Under the pieces are notes generated by a model. That model was given only the letters and a program-made list of their open reading frames with translations. It did no database searches and was not told the DNA's origin. Shown in pieces: positions 9,919-20,063 of a DNA stretch of 64,000 bases. The DNA is taken from positions 20,632 through 84,631 of the forward strand of contig JBMOFM010000002.1 in assembly GCA_049318825.1 (NCBI GenBank), in the 5' to 3' direction. This stretch comes from Alphaproteobacteria bacterium. GTDB taxonomy: Bacteria; Pseudomonadota; Alphaproteobacteria; JBMOFM01. Positions within the stretch are counted from its first letter, which is position 1; each line of letters opens with the position of its first letter. A program made the position numbers and the translations under genes.

Positions 9919-11490
9919 TTAGTGGCGGAAATGGCGGCGGCCAGTGAAAATCATGGCAAGATTTTCCGCATCCGCCGCATCAATTACCTCTTGATCGCGG
10001 ATAGAACCACCCGGTTGAATAATAGCGGTGACACCGGCCTTGGCGGTGGCTAACAACCCATCGGCAAAGGGAAAAAACGCATCCGAAGCAGCCACCGAGC
10101 CTTGGGCTAAACTTTGGGTGAGGCCAGCGTTTTTACTAGCTTCTTCTGCTTTCCATGCCGCAATACGGGCAGAATCCACGCGGCTCATTTGCCCTGCACC
10201 AATACCAACGGTTGCCCCATCTTTGGCATAAATAATGGCGTTTGATTTCACAAAAGCGGCCACCTTAAAGGCAAATAATAGATCGCGCCATTCTTCGGCT
10301 GTTGGCTGCCGCTTGGTCACGCAGCGTAAATTTTCAGGGTTAAGATCCAGCTTATCGGTATCTTGCACCAATAAACCGCCCGTAACGCTGCGATAACTTA
10401 ATGTTGGAGGAGTAGCATGGGCATTGGCCAATAATACCCGTTGATTTTTCTTACTTTCCAAAATGGTAATGGCTTCAGCTTCTATGGCGGGGGCAATCAC
10501 TACCTCTACAAAGCCTTTATTAATCTCACTGGCTAAGGCAGGGGTAATAGGGCGGTTAACAGCAATAATCCCACCAAAGGCAGATACAGGATCGCAGCGA
10601 CGCGCCAAGTGAAAAGCGGTGAGCAAATCAGCATGCTCAGCAATACCACAAGGGTTATTATGCTTTACAATGACAGCGGTGGGTTCGCTAAATGCTTGTA
10701 CTGTTTGCCATGCGGCATCCACATCCAGAATATTATTATAGCTAAGTTCTTTACCGTGAATTTGGGTAAAGGGGGCATTTTTTTCTAATTGATAGAAACT
10801 GGCCTGTTGATGGGGGTTTTCGCCATAACGCAACGGGGTGATGGCTTGTACCGGCAATAGCAAAAGCGGGGTAGTTTTTTCTTGCGTGGCAAACCATTGG
10901 GCTATAGCTGCATCATAAGCTGCTGTATGAGCATAGGCTTTAGCGGCCATTAAACGGCGAAATGCTAAGCTGGTTTGGCCTTGATGGCGCTGCATTTCTT
11001 CGGCCAGAGCCGCGTAATCTTCTGGTGACGTAATAATAGTGACAAACTCATGATTTTTTGCAGCGGCTCGAATAAGGGCTGGGCCACCTATATCAATTTG
11101 CTCCACGCATTCATCAAAGCTGGCTTTGCCTGCTACTGTTTCCACAAAAGGATATAAATTCACTACCACCAGATCAATAGGGGCAATGCCATGCTGTTGC
11201 ATTTCTCCCATATGGATGTCGCGTCGTCCTAAAATAGCCCCATGAATATGCGGGTGCAGGGTTTTCACCCGCCCATCCATCATTTCTGGAAAGCCAGTGA
11301 CATGTGCCACATCTTCAACCGCTAGCCCTTGCTGTTCCAAAGCTTTACGGCTACCACCCGTAGAAATTGGGGCAATAGACCATTGCTTGATTATATCGGC
11401 CAATAAAGACAGATTTTTCTTATCACTGACCGATACCAGCATTTTTTTTACTGGTTTATGGATGGGGTTAATGGCGGCTATGTTTGTCAC
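9919..11490 (-). CDS. purH: Bifunctional AICAR formyltransferase / IMP cyclohydrolase
   Basis: [47 protein letters not shown]. Confidence 0.98.
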   Translation of the reverse strand: MTNIAAINPIHKPVKKMLVSVSDKKNLSLLADIIKQWSIAPISTGGSRKALEQQGLAVEDVAHVTGFPEMMDGRVKTLHPHIHGAILGRRDIHMGEMQQHGIAPIDLVVVNLYPFVETVAGKASFDECVEQIDIGGPALIRAAAKNHEFVTIITSPEDYAALAEEMQRHQGQTSLAFRRLMAAKAYAHTAAYDAAIAQWFATQEKTTPLLLLPVQAITPLRYGENPHQQASFYQLEKNAPFTQIHGKELSYNNILDVDAAWQTVQAFSEPTAVIVKHNNPCGIAEHADLLTAFHLARRCDPVSAFGGIIAVNRPITPALASEINKGFVEVVIAPAIEAEAITILESKKNQRVLLANAHATPPTLSYRSVTGGLLVQDTDKLDLNPENLRCVTKRQPTAEEWRDLLFAFKVAAFVKSNAIIYAKDGATVGIGAGQMSRVDSARIAAWKAEEASKNAGLTQSLAQGSVAASDAFFPFADGLLATAKAGVTAIIQPGGSIRDQEVIDAADAENLAMIFTGRRHFRH

Positions 11491-11548
11491 AATATCACTT
11501 CCTTATTATATGATAAAATACCATATAATAAGGCTGAAAAAGCTACAA

Positions 11549-13252
11549 TCAGGCGACGCGCCGCAAGCACCATTTTATAGTGGTTTCACCAGATTCTGTT
11601 ACCCCATTAATGGTGATGACCTTAGTGGCCTTCGGTTTGTTGCCAGTATAACCAAAATAGGCTGATTTTTCCAACAGAACAGGGCTGAAATTGGCAATAA
11701 ACTCCCACTCCATGCCATCGGCGGTACGCAACATCACCTTGCCTTCTTCCTCCACCTGTGCTTCCACGGAAGGATGAAGATGAAAATGGGCAATAAAATT
11801 AAGATTATCCTGACCAATTAACCGATCTTCACCGCGCAGATCATAACCATCTTGGCTTAAATATAAGCAGCGGCGGTGGGTTGTGCCAAAAATATGTTGG
11901 TAGCCATCATGGGAGCCCTCGGCCACTAAGCCGTCCAACTGCTCTTTTTCAGGGGTGGTGGGTTTATAAATGCTGCCACGGGCATTGCGGCAAATAGCAT
12001 TATGGTTACCCAAGGTAATGGTACTGTGCGCTTTGGTGCATTTCAGCAATTTCTGCCAATCCGCATTCTTCACGCCCATGTTCACGCTGTAACCACCGCA
12101 ATTCACAATTAAACGCTCACGCCCATGGCTAAATTCAAAAGCTAATGGGGCGGCATGGGCTATTTCTTTATTGGCGGGCATGGCGCCCACATCCATCATT
12201 ACCACTGAATCACCCACCGCTAAGCGGTGAAACTGTCCTAAACGATAGTTCTTTTTAATTTTAGTGCCAGATTTTTGTAAAGCGATTTGAATAAAACGTT
12301 GAGCGCCTTCTGTGCCGCCATGAAACAAGGCTAGCCTTCCATCGCCATGGCATAGAAAGGCCAAACATTGGCTAGCGCTTTGTAAGGTGCGGTCTAAAAT
12401 AGTTGGTATTTCCACTCTGGCTTGAGAAAAAGCCATGCGCAGATCAATCAGTAATTTCACGGCTTCCATTTGGGTATAGGGGTTGCGTGAATAATGCATG
12501 CCATCGGCTAAAAATTGGCTGACCAACTCCTTGCGCAATAGTCTGATACCCAGCTGTAAACGGCTTTCACCGCCTTCAATGCATAAACCGCTGATAATTA
12601 ACCCTTTAATGCCTTGTAATAACGGATAACCCTTGGTGTTACCCGGTAAAATACGCGCCAGATGAATGGCTTGACGTTGCATATCTTGATAAATGCGTTG
12701 TTTAAAGCTTTCATTGGCGCTGGCACAGAAGAAATTATGAAAAAATATCCATGAAGAAAGGCGCTCGCCAATAATATCTGCCCGCCAAGAAAGCCCTGAA
12801 TAATCATGGTGATATTCTTTCAACCAGCCATTCACCAAAGAGCGGGCTTTTATTCTGGCTTCATCGCTACCAAGGCTACGCAAACCGCGTAACCAGCTAA
12901 AAGAATGGGCAGATTTCAGCCATAATTCTGAAGCCTTGCTTTCTTGATTCCACGGGTTGCTTAAGCGCCGCCGTTCGCCAGCAAAACCATACACCCCATC
13001 CATAATGGCAGCGCCTTGGTTAATATCATCCGGCCATGAATCAAGCGGGATGAAACGCAATTTGCTCACGGGGCGGGTGCGCAAGCTCATATCATATACG
13101 GGGTTGCGTACAAAACCCATCCAACCATCTTTAGCACTGCTTACTAGCTTTTTGGATGGCATTGCTTTGGTGATACGATTTTTTTCAGCAGTACTGCGTT
13201 GTTGCTGTGTAAAAGTTTCACGTTGAGGCGAAAGAGAAGGGGCAACCAGCAT
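11549..13252 (-). CDS. Heparinase II/III family protein
   Basis: HSFSWLR, DGMHYSRNP, HGDGRLALFHG, AHAAPLAFEFS, LIVNCG, FHLHP motifs; typical alphaproteobacterial position between rpe and purH. Confidence 0.85.
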   Translation of the reverse strand: MLVAPSLSPQRETFTQQQRSTAEKNRITKAMPSKKLVSSAKDGWMGFVRNPVYDMSLRTRPVSKLRFIPLDSWPDDINQGAAIMDGVYGFAGERRRLSNPWNQESKASELWLKSAHSFSWLRGLRSLGSDEARIKARSLVNGWLKEYHHDYSGLSWRADIIGERLSSWIFFHNFFCASANESFKQRIYQDMQRQAIHLARILPGNTKGYPLLQGIKGLIISGLCIEGGESRLQLGIRLLRKELVSQFLADGMHYSRNPYTQMEAVKLLIDLRMAFSQARVEIPTILDRTLQSASQCLAFLCHGDGRLALFHGGTEGAQRFIQIALQKSGTKIKKNYRLGQFHRLAVGDSVVMMDVGAMPANKEIAHAAPLAFEFSHGRERLIVNCGGYSVNMGVKNADWQKLLKCTKAHSTITLGNHNAICRNARGSIYKPTTPEKEQLDGLVAEGSHDGYQHIFGTTHRRCLYLSQDGYDLRGEDRLIGQDNLNFIAHFHLHPSVEAQVEEEGKVMLRTADGMEWEFIANFSPVLLEKSAYFGYTGNKPKATKVITINGVTESGETTIKWCLRRVA

Positions 13253-13258
13253 GAGTTC

Positions 13259-13939
13259 TTACCCTTGTAAGTGAGAGGTTTTTAACTGTTGAATCGCGCT
13301 TTTATAATGAGCAGCACCTTGCGAGAAGAGAGCCGTGCCCGCTACCAGAATATCCACCCCCGCTGCAATTAAGGCTGGGGCGTTATTCAGATTAACACCA
13401 CCATCTACTTCCAGCAAAATTGGCCGGTTGGCGCGGTCAATTTTCTGGCGTATATGAATAATTTTATCGTATAGGGGAATAAGTGATTGGCCACCAAAAC
13501 CGGGGTTTACGGTCATCACCAGCACCAAATCCACCAAATCTAATACATGATCCAATACATCAATAGGGGTGGCGGGATTAAGCGCCAAGCCAGCCTTACA
13601 ACCCAATTGTTTAATGGCCTGTAAGGTACGGTGTGGGTGATGGCCTGCTTCTGGATGAAAAGTGATAATTTGTGCGCCAGCCCCAGCAAATTCAGCCAAT
13701 AAAGGATCAACTGGCGCAATCATCAGATGCACATCAAAAGGGATGGTGCTGATTGGCCGTAACGATTTAATAAGACCGGCGCCAAAACTGATATTGGGCA
13801 CAAAATGGCCATCCATCACATCCAGATGCAAATAATCGGCGCCGGCTTCGGTCATGGCGGTTACTTCTTCACCTAGGCGCGTAAAATCTGCAGCCAATAG
13901 AGAAGGAGCGATGCTAATGGAGCGATGTGGTTTTATCAT
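13259..13939 (-). CDS. rpe: Ribulose-phosphate 3-epimerase
   Basis: IAPSLLAADF, HLDVMDGHFVPN, DVHLMI, MTVNPGFGGQ, EVDGG; start set at ATG 13939. Confidence 0.97.
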   Translation of the reverse strand: MIKPHRSISIAPSLLAADFTRLGEEVTAMTEAGADYLHLDVMDGHFVPNISFGAGLIKSLRPISTIPFDVHLMIAPVDPLLAEFAGAGAQIITFHPEAGHHPHRTLQAIKQLGCKAGLALNPATPIDVLDHVLDLVDLVLVMTVNPGFGGQSLIPLYDKIIHIRQKIDRANRPILLEVDGGVNLNNAPALIAAGVDILVAGTALFSQGAAHYKSAIQQLKTSHLQG

Positions 13940-13953
13940 TATTCGTTCTGTTT

Positions 13954-15342
13954 CTAGCGTGTTTTTTGCAGGCGGCACATAAAAAACCCATCCATACCAC
14001 CTTTTTCGTGCCAAAGGCTAGGTAATGTGCGGATCATACCATCTTGTTTTACACAATCCTTAAGAAAAGTTAAATTTTCTATTTCCCATTTTTTTAACCT
14101 AAAATCGTGTCCAGAATCGTTATTTTGTTGTAAAAACTGGCTGATAATATCCTCGCCCTCTTCTGGTTGTAAAGAACAGGTCATGTAAATTAATTCACCA
14201 CCTATTTTCACCATTTTTGCAGCATGCGCCAGCAATTTTATTTGTAGATCAGCCATTTTTTTAATATCTTGCTGCTCGCGGATATATAAAATATCGGTAT
14301 GGCGGCGAATGGTGCCGGTGGCTGAACAGGGCGCATCCAGCAACACCACGTCGAACAGGGTAGTGGTGGTGATATTGAGGGCATCTTCTTGCTTCAATAT
14401 GGGTTTCATTTGTAGGCGAGCCATATTTTGGCGCAATATATTCATGCGCGCAGGCGATTTTTCAACCGCGGTTACTGTTGCGCCGGCTTGTATCAACTGA
14501 GCAGTTTTACCCCCCGGCGCGGCGCATAAATCGAGAACTGTTTTACCTTGTAAATTGCCCAATAAACTCACCCCTAAACTGGCGGCGGCATCTTGCACTA
14601 GCCAAGCGCCATTCTCATAGCCGGGTAATTCATGAATCATGCCGCTATTTTGACGGCGCAATAAATGGGGCAGCATGATCTCTGCCTCTAATTGTTGTGC
14701 CCAATTTTCTATATCGCCGTGCAAAATCGTAAAATCAGTGGGTGGTTCTTGGGTATGGGCTTCCACAATTTTTTTGGCGGCTTCCTCGCCATAGGCTTTT
14801 ACCCAGCTTTGCCATAACCATTCGGGGGTATTGCGTTTACCAGCATCGGCAGCGCTGGCAATGGGTGGTTTTTCTCTATCCACACGGCGCAATACGGCAT
14901 TTACCAGACCTTTTAGGTGGCTATGCCCCATTTTTTCAGCCAGAGCCACGGCACTAGCCACCGCTGCATGGGGCGGTGTTTCTAAAAATAATAATTCAGC
15001 AAGGCCAAGGCGCAGCAAATGAAACACGCCATTTTTACTGAGTTTTGCGGGGTTATCCAATAAGCCAGCCAGTAAATGATCAATTTCCCGCAGGCGGCGT
15101 AACACCATCATGATGGCCCGTCTGGCAAAAGCCCTATCCCGCGGGGCAAGGCGGGCGAATAAAGGGTTGTTCTCCATGGCCTGATCCAGCAATTGCTGGT
15201 TGTTCAGCACTTCTTCCAGCACCTCTACCACCAATAGCCGCGATAATAACCCAGCCTGATTACCTTGCGACGAGCGGTTATTAGCCGAAGGGGATGATTT
15301 TTTTTCTGAAGAACGACGGGGGGGATGAGAAAATTGTTTCAT
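13954..15342 (-). CDS. rsmB: RsmB/NOP (Sun) family RNA m5C methyltransferase with NusB-like N-terminal domain
   Basis: VNAVLRR, VQDAAAS, LDLCAAPGGKT, LDAPCSATGTIRRH, YMTCSL, DGFF. Confidence 0.88.
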   Translation of the reverse strand: MKQFSHPPRRSSEKKSSPSANNRSSQGNQAGLLSRLLVVEVLEEVLNNQQLLDQAMENNPLFARLAPRDRAFARRAIMMVLRRLREIDHLLAGLLDNPAKLSKNGVFHLLRLGLAELLFLETPPHAAVASAVALAEKMGHSHLKGLVNAVLRRVDREKPPIASAADAGKRNTPEWLWQSWVKAYGEEAAKKIVEAHTQEPPTDFTILHGDIENWAQQLEAEIMLPHLLRRQNSGMIHELPGYENGAWLVQDAAASLGVSLLGNLQGKTVLDLCAAPGGKTAQLIQAGATVTAVEKSPARMNILRQNMARLQMKPILKQEDALNITTTTLFDVVLLDAPCSATGTIRRHTDILYIREQQDIKKMADLQIKLLAHAAKMVKIGGELIYMTCSLQPEEGEDIISQFLQQNNDSGHDFRLKKWEIENLTFLKDCVKQDGMIRTLPSLWHEKGGMDGFFMCRLQKTR

Positions 15343-15401
15343 TGCACTTATTTTATGTCATAAAAAATGTGACTATAAGCACAACGTGTTGGATAAAATA
15401 G

Positions 15402-15584
15402 ATGATTGAGACAAAAAATCCCGAAAATATTTCACCACCCGAAAATATTTCATCAATAAAACCAAGCCAAGAGGTGGTTGTGGATAAATTGAAGCAACCA
15501 GAGGGTGAAAAAGGGGGGCAACAGGGCTTGGAACCTACACGTTATGGGGATTGGGAAAAAAATGGCCGCTGTACTGATTTTTAA
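15402..15584 (+). CDS. DUF1674 / succinate dehydrogenase assembly factor 4-like protein
   Basis: C-terminal EKGGQQGLEPTRYGDWEKNGRCTDF signature; 18-bp tandem duplication at 15420-15455. Confidence 0.9.
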   Translation: MIETKNPENISPPENISSIKPSQEVVVDKLKQPEGEKGGQQGLEPTRYGDWEKNGRCTDF

Positions 15585-15741
15585 GAGTATTGATTTTTAC
15601 ACAGTAGCCAATGGGGCGTGGGGATTAAAGCAGCAATATCGCTTGAAGTGCCGTAATAAATTGTAAAATTAACAATAAATATATTGATTTTGTGGTTGGT
15701 TTTTTATATAAAAAGCGCAGCTTTACCGTTAGGGGCACGCC

Positions 15742-16728
15742 ATGAATCTATCCCACCATTTTAACCAAACAATAGCATTTGCCGTCTCTGCTAGTTTTAT
15801 AGCGGGTAGTTTAGGGGCTGTTAATATGCTGAATGCCGATGAAATATGGGCTAAAGGAAGCACATCAAGTGGAAGATCATCGGCACCAAGTTCGGCTAAA
15901 TCAGCGCCATCATCCAAGAACTCAAACAGGGCTGGTGGAAGAATTTCGGGAAATAAATTTAAGAAATCAGCCGACCTTAAATCTAAAATACCAACCACTC
16001 AAAAAATAGATAAAAATGGTAAGCTTGTTGATCAAGCGACGCCTAATAGTAATGATAAGTCGTTCTTCTTTGGTAGTAATAATCCGGCAAGTTCCACTCA
16101 AAATAAAACCACGGTGATTTTTCCACCTTATCTCACTGGGGGGGTGCCCACACGCTATAACTACTCAACCACTACTACCCCATCTCCCTCTTCGGTTGAA
16201 TCCTTAACTGATAGGGCGCCAGTGGATAACACAACGGGGAGCTATGATAATAGCGGGGAGGAAGAGGAACAGCAGCAACCAAGAGCAGTATGCGATAATG
16301 TTGCCTATGGCTCTGTGGTGTGGAGTGAAATTCCAGATGAGTTTCGTCATGGTCAAGATTTTCACAAAACTGGTGAACTCAGGGACAATAATGGCAAGAC
16401 CGCTTTTATTAAATTCTCGGCAATTCCCAAAAATTGTGAAGAAGCTGGTACGCAAACATTATGGGTTTCTTCTACTTTTAATGATGCCGCCTTTACTAAA
16501 CCGGGTATGTGTGATAAATATCAGAAAGAGATGAAACTTGGTAAACAACCCAACCCAGAAAATTCTAGACAATTATTCAATGCGGTTGAGTGCGTGGATA
16601 AGCTGGAATTTGAATTAACCGATGCTGAAAAAAACCAGAAAGCTTGGGATTCTGCTATACCTTGGCTTGTTGTTGGAGGTGTAGCGGGTGGTTTATTTGT
16701 TATGAATAGACTGCGCCGGCGCTATTAA
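15742..16728 (+). CDS. Hypothetical exported protein with C-terminal membrane anchor
   Basis: Hydrophobic N-terminus, S/T/K-rich low-complexity region, 4 Cys in a globular part, C-terminal TM followed by RLRRR. Confidence 0.7.
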   Translation: MNLSHHFNQTIAFAVSASFIAGSLGAVNMLNADEIWAKGSTSSGRSSAPSSAKSAPSSKNSNRAGGRISGNKFKKSADLKSKIPTTQKIDKNGKLVDQATPNSNDKSFFFGSNNPASSTQNKTTVIFPPYLTGGVPTRYNYSTTTTPSPSSVESLTDRAPVDNTTGSYDNSGEEEEQQQPRAVCDNVAYGSVVWSEIPDEFRHGQDFHKTGELRDNNGKTAFIKFSAIPKNCEEAGTQTLWVSSTFNDAAFTKPGMCDKYQKEMKLGKQPNPENSRQLFNAVECVDKLEFELTDAEKNQKAWDSAIPWLVVGGVAGGLFVMNRLRRRY

Positions 16729-16993
16729 TTGGTAGCGGACTATTGTTGGCACGCTGTTTGCATGGGTAAAATTATCAAAAGGGTTTTTCCAGAAGCGGGG
16801 AAATCAGTAATAAAACAGAATACCAGAACAAGCCCTGATATATTGGATAGAATCATCTGAATGAAGGGTCTGTTATCACGATAAAAGAAAGAAAAAAGAA
16901 GGGATTAACAAGTTTTTTAAGGTTGCTGACATACTGTGCATGTGGTTTTCAACCCCAGAAATGATGTTTAATATCGTCAATTTTCTGATCTTG

Positions 16994-17022
16994 AAAAAAA
17001 GAGCCTGAAGGGCTCTTTTTTT
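16994..17022. terminator. Bidirectional intrinsic terminator
   Basis: aaaaaaagagcc-tgaag-ggctcttttttt. Confidence 0.8.
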
Positions 17023-17773
17023 ATGGTTTATCCATGGTGGAGGAATAGCTATCCACCGCTTGCATGTTGGGTTGTTTTTTCTTACCAGCGGTATAAATAT
17101 TGGCATATACGCGTTTTTGGCACAAAACCAGATGTACCCCTGCCAAAGAGGGGAAAAGTTTTTCATAAAATTTTTCTACCACAATCGATAAACGGAGAAA
17201 AAAGCGGCGGTTGCAGGGCAAAAAATAAAGGGCATGGCTGGTTTTTAATGGGGTGAAGAGGTGATCTTGTAATAAAAATTGCAATTGGCTCATGGTAAAG
17301 GGGGTGCCCTGACCAAAAGGTGTGTGTTCACCATGCGCCCAAAAACCCGTGCGGCTAGGCACCACCAACAGCATTAGCCCTTCTGGGGCAAGCACCCGCC
17401 ATAATTCACGCAAATATTGCCGGCGATTCTCACTCATTTCTAAAGAATGCACCAGCAACAGGCGGTCTATACTATTATCGGCCAAGGGTAGCGATTCTTC
17501 CATGGCCATTAAACCAATATGTTGCCCTGCTGCATTCAACCATGGGCTAGCCCCCATATCGGCAGGCATCAGCGAAAAAACCGCTGTTTTATTCAACATA
17601 TCGCTTAAATAGGGTTGGGTATAGCCAATACCCACAATTTTTTCGGTGGGGAGCGGCGGTCGCCATAAATGGTTGATGGCATGGGCAAGGCGGCGCCGGC
17701 ATAATCTTCCCGCATAGCTACGGTAAAAATGCTGAATATCGTGAATATCGCGGTAAAAAGCAGGTTTAAACAT
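17021..17773 (-). CDS. Class I SAM-dependent methyltransferase (Methyltransf_11-like, alphaproteobacterial type)
   Basis: VGIGYTQPYL, LPLADNSIDRLLLVHSLE, LRELWRVLAPEG, TPFGQGTPF. Confidence 0.85.
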   Translation of the reverse strand: MFKPAFYRDIHDIQHFYRSYAGRLCRRRLAHAINHLWRPPLPTEKIVGIGYTQPYLSDMLNKTAVFSLMPADMGASPWLNAAGQHIGLMAMEESLPLADNSIDRLLLVHSLEMSENRRQYLRELWRVLAPEGLMLLVVPSRTGFWAHGEHTPFGQGTPFTMSQLQFLLQDHLFTPLKTSHALYFLPCNRRFFLRLSIVVEKFYEKLFPSLAGVHLVLCQKRVYANIYTAGKKKQPNMQAVDSYSSTMDKP

Positions 17774-18161
17774 GGCGCAGCCACTGTGTTACCAGTGGTT
17801 GATCGGCGGGTGGCATATGTTCGAGCGGCAAATATTGCACATCATACCACGCCATGTTCTGATTTTCTTGTGGGGTGGGTGTGCCTTGCCATTGCTCACA
17901 GCCATAGAGCAACAGCAAGAAAGGCTTATTATCTTGCCCTGGCCATACCACAAACCCCGCGGGCGAAAAATCACCAATATTAGTGTGGATGCCCAATTCT
18001 TCTTGTAACTCTCGCTGTAAGGCCATTTCTGGATGTTCGCCAGCTTCTACCTTGCCCCCCGGAAACTCCCATAAGCCGCCCATATGTTTATGTAATGGCC
18101 GCTGGGTTAACAGCACCTTTCTCTGGTCATTGAGCAGAGCTGCAGCCACCACAATCAGCAT
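17766..18161 (-). CDS. mutT: 8-oxo-dGTP diphosphatase (NUDIX)
   Basis: Nudix box GLWEFPGGKVEAGE..EMALQRELQEELGI; MPPAD. Confidence 0.9.
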   Translation of the reverse strand: MLIVVAAALLNDQRKVLLTQRPLHKHMGGLWEFPGGKVEAGEHPEMALQRELQEELGIHTNIGDFSPAGFVVWPGQDNKPFLLLLYGCEQWQGTPTPQENQNMAWYDVQYLPLEHMPPADQPLVTQWLRHV

Positions 18162-18172
18162 GGTTTACCCCT

Positions 18173-19120
18173 TCAGCTTAATTCATCGCCCAGACTGCGT
18201 TGATAATATTCAGCAACAATTTCCCGTTCCATTTCATCGCAACGGTTTAAGAAACTAAAGCGGAAAGCCAAGGCTAAATCGTTGAAAATAAGGTAATTAT
18301 CGGCCCATGCAATCACGGTGCGGGGCGACATTACCGTGGAAATATCGCCCGCCATAAAACCATTGCGGGTTAATTCTGCCAAGCGCACCATGGCGGGGAT
18401 ATGTTTATCCAGCATGGGGGTGAGTTTTTTGCCCATTTTACTACGAATAATGTTGGTTTCTTCCTCATGGGGCAAATAATTAAGGCTGGCCACAATATTC
18501 CAGCGATCCATTTGCCCTTGGTTAATTTGTTGCGTGCCATGATACAAACCCGTTGTATCGCCTAGTCCCACGGTATTAGCGGTTGCAAATAAACGGAAAG
18601 CAGGGTGCGGTTCCAGCACGCGGTTTTGATCCAATAGGGTTAAGCGTCCTTCTGCTTCTAGCACCCGTTGAATAACGAACATCACATCTGGTCGGCCAGC
18701 ATCATATTCATCAAACACTAGGGCGCAAGGGTGTTGCAATGCCCAAGGCAGCAGGCCTTCCTTAAATTCAGTGATTTGCTGGCCATCTTTCAACACAATC
18801 GCATCCTTGCCCAATAAATCAATCCGGCTGATATGGCTATCAAGGTTAATGCGCAGGCATGGCCAGTTAAGGCGAGCGGCTACTTGTTCAATGTGGGAGG
18901 ATTTACCCGTGCCGTGAAAGCCTTGAATCAATACCCGCCGATTATGGGAAAAACCCGCCAGAATGGCTAATGTGGTGTTTTTATCAAAATGATAGGTTTC
19001 ATCAATGTCTGGCACATGTTCATGTTTTTCGCTAAAGGCGGGCACGTCCAGCGTGGTATCAATGCCAAAAACTTGGCGGGCAGAAACGCTAATATCAGGG
19101 GTTAAAGCGGCAGAAATCAT
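18173..19120 (-). CDS. cobS: Cobaltochelatase subunit CobS (AAA+ ATPase)
   Basis: QGFHGTGKSSHIEQVAARLNWP, FDEYDAGRPDVMFVIQRVLE, GLYHGTQQINQGQMDRW. Confidence 0.95.
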   Translation of the reverse strand: MISAALTPDISVSARQVFGIDTTLDVPAFSEKHEHVPDIDETYHFDKNTTLAILAGFSHNRRVLIQGFHGTGKSSHIEQVAARLNWPCLRINLDSHISRIDLLGKDAIVLKDGQQITEFKEGLLPWALQHPCALVFDEYDAGRPDVMFVIQRVLEAEGRLTLLDQNRVLEPHPAFRLFATANTVGLGDTTGLYHGTQQINQGQMDRWNIVASLNYLPHEEETNIIRSKMGKKLTPMLDKHIPAMVRLAELTRNGFMAGDISTVMSPRTVIAWADNYLIFNDLALAFRFSFLNRCDEMEREIVAEYYQRSLGDELS

Positions 19121-19164
19121 GGATGTATCATTATATATTAATGTAATTGTTCCGCGATAATGCG

Positions 19165-19719
19165 CTAAAAATCTGCTATTTCCAATTCCTTTTTTAATAA
19201 ATCATAAGCGCGGTTGATTTTTTTTAATTTATCTTCTTTTACTGGATCGGCTTGGTTCAAATCGGGGTGCAGTTCTTTCACCATATCCAGATAACGTTTT
19301 CGTACCTCGCTTAATGAAACATGAGCATTAAAACCCAATATTCTAAGGGCGGCATGTAATTCTGGCTTCATGGGTGGGGCTGGCATATCCCCTGTCTCTT
19401 CTTCTTTGGCCCAGCGAAACGCTTCGGCTTTGCGCCGTAATAACCTATCCATATGTTGATGCATGGCGGGTGACCATGTGGGGCGTTCCCCCAGCACCGA
19501 TTGACGGATCATGATTTCCAATTCCACGGCAGACATACCGGCACAATAATCCCATTGGCGGTTATAAGCTTGCACATGCTGCAGACAAAACCAGTAGTAA
19601 CTGCTTAAATCCTCGCGGGAGCGTGGGGCACGGTAACTGCCTTCTTCAGTGCAGCCTTCTGCATCACAGCAGCGCTTATCCGGTTTCTTGTCAGAAAAAT
19701 TGTCAAAATATGAACACAT
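19165..19719 (-). CDS. DnaJ-class protein with N-terminal Cys motif and C-terminal J domain
   Basis: C..EGC...G.YRAP....YYWFCLQHV.AYN..WDY, LHPDLN; usual bolA-dnaJ-cobS synteny; start uncertain (19719 chosen). Confidence 0.88.
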   Translation of the reverse strand: MCSYFDNFSDKKPDKRCCDAEGCTEEGSYRAPRSREDLSSYYWFCLQHVQAYNRQWDYCAGMSAVELEIMIRQSVLGERPTWSPAMHQHMDRLLRRKAEAFRWAKEEETGDMPAPPMKPELHAALRILGFNAHVSLSEVRKRYLDMVKELHPDLNQADPVKEDKLKKINRAYDLLKKELEIADF

Positions 19720-19763
19720 AAGATTATTATTGTACCCATTATGATTTTTGACAAGGTGAAGAG

Positions 19764-20039
19764 ATGACCACATTGCAACATATTATTGAAGAGAAACTGC
19801 GGCAGGAATTTTTACCAACCATTCTCCGTTTGCATAATGAAAGTCATTTGCATCAAGGCCATGCTGGCGATGATGGCAGCGGCCATAGCCATTTTTCACT
19901 GTTATTGGTTTCTGCTGCTTTTGCTGGCTGTTCCCGTTTGAAGCGCCAACAAATGGTGCTTTCTGTGTTACAACAGGAAATCAGCAAGCTGCATGCTTTT
20001 TCCATGCAGTTGCAAACCCCTCTGGAATATAAGCCCTAG
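19764..20039 (+). CDS. bolA: BolA family protein
   Basis: NESHLHQGHAG, SHF.LLLVS.AF.G.SRL.RQQMV, LHAFS. Confidence 0.92.
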   Translation: MTTLQHIIEEKLRQEFLPTILRLHNESHLHQGHAGDDGSGHSHFSLLLVSAAFAGCSRLKRQQMVLSVLQQEISKLHAFSMQLQTPLEYKP

Positions 20040-20063
20040 GGGGCAGGACTCGTATTCCTGACC

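Noticed and set aside
15420-15455. 18-bp tandem duplication in the DUF1674 gene
   Set aside because: Real, but lies in a variable disordered N-terminus; unremarkable
16740-16990. Short hydrophobic minus-strand frames between the surface protein and the methyltransferase
   Set aside because: No convincing RBS or start, and no motif; insufficient support
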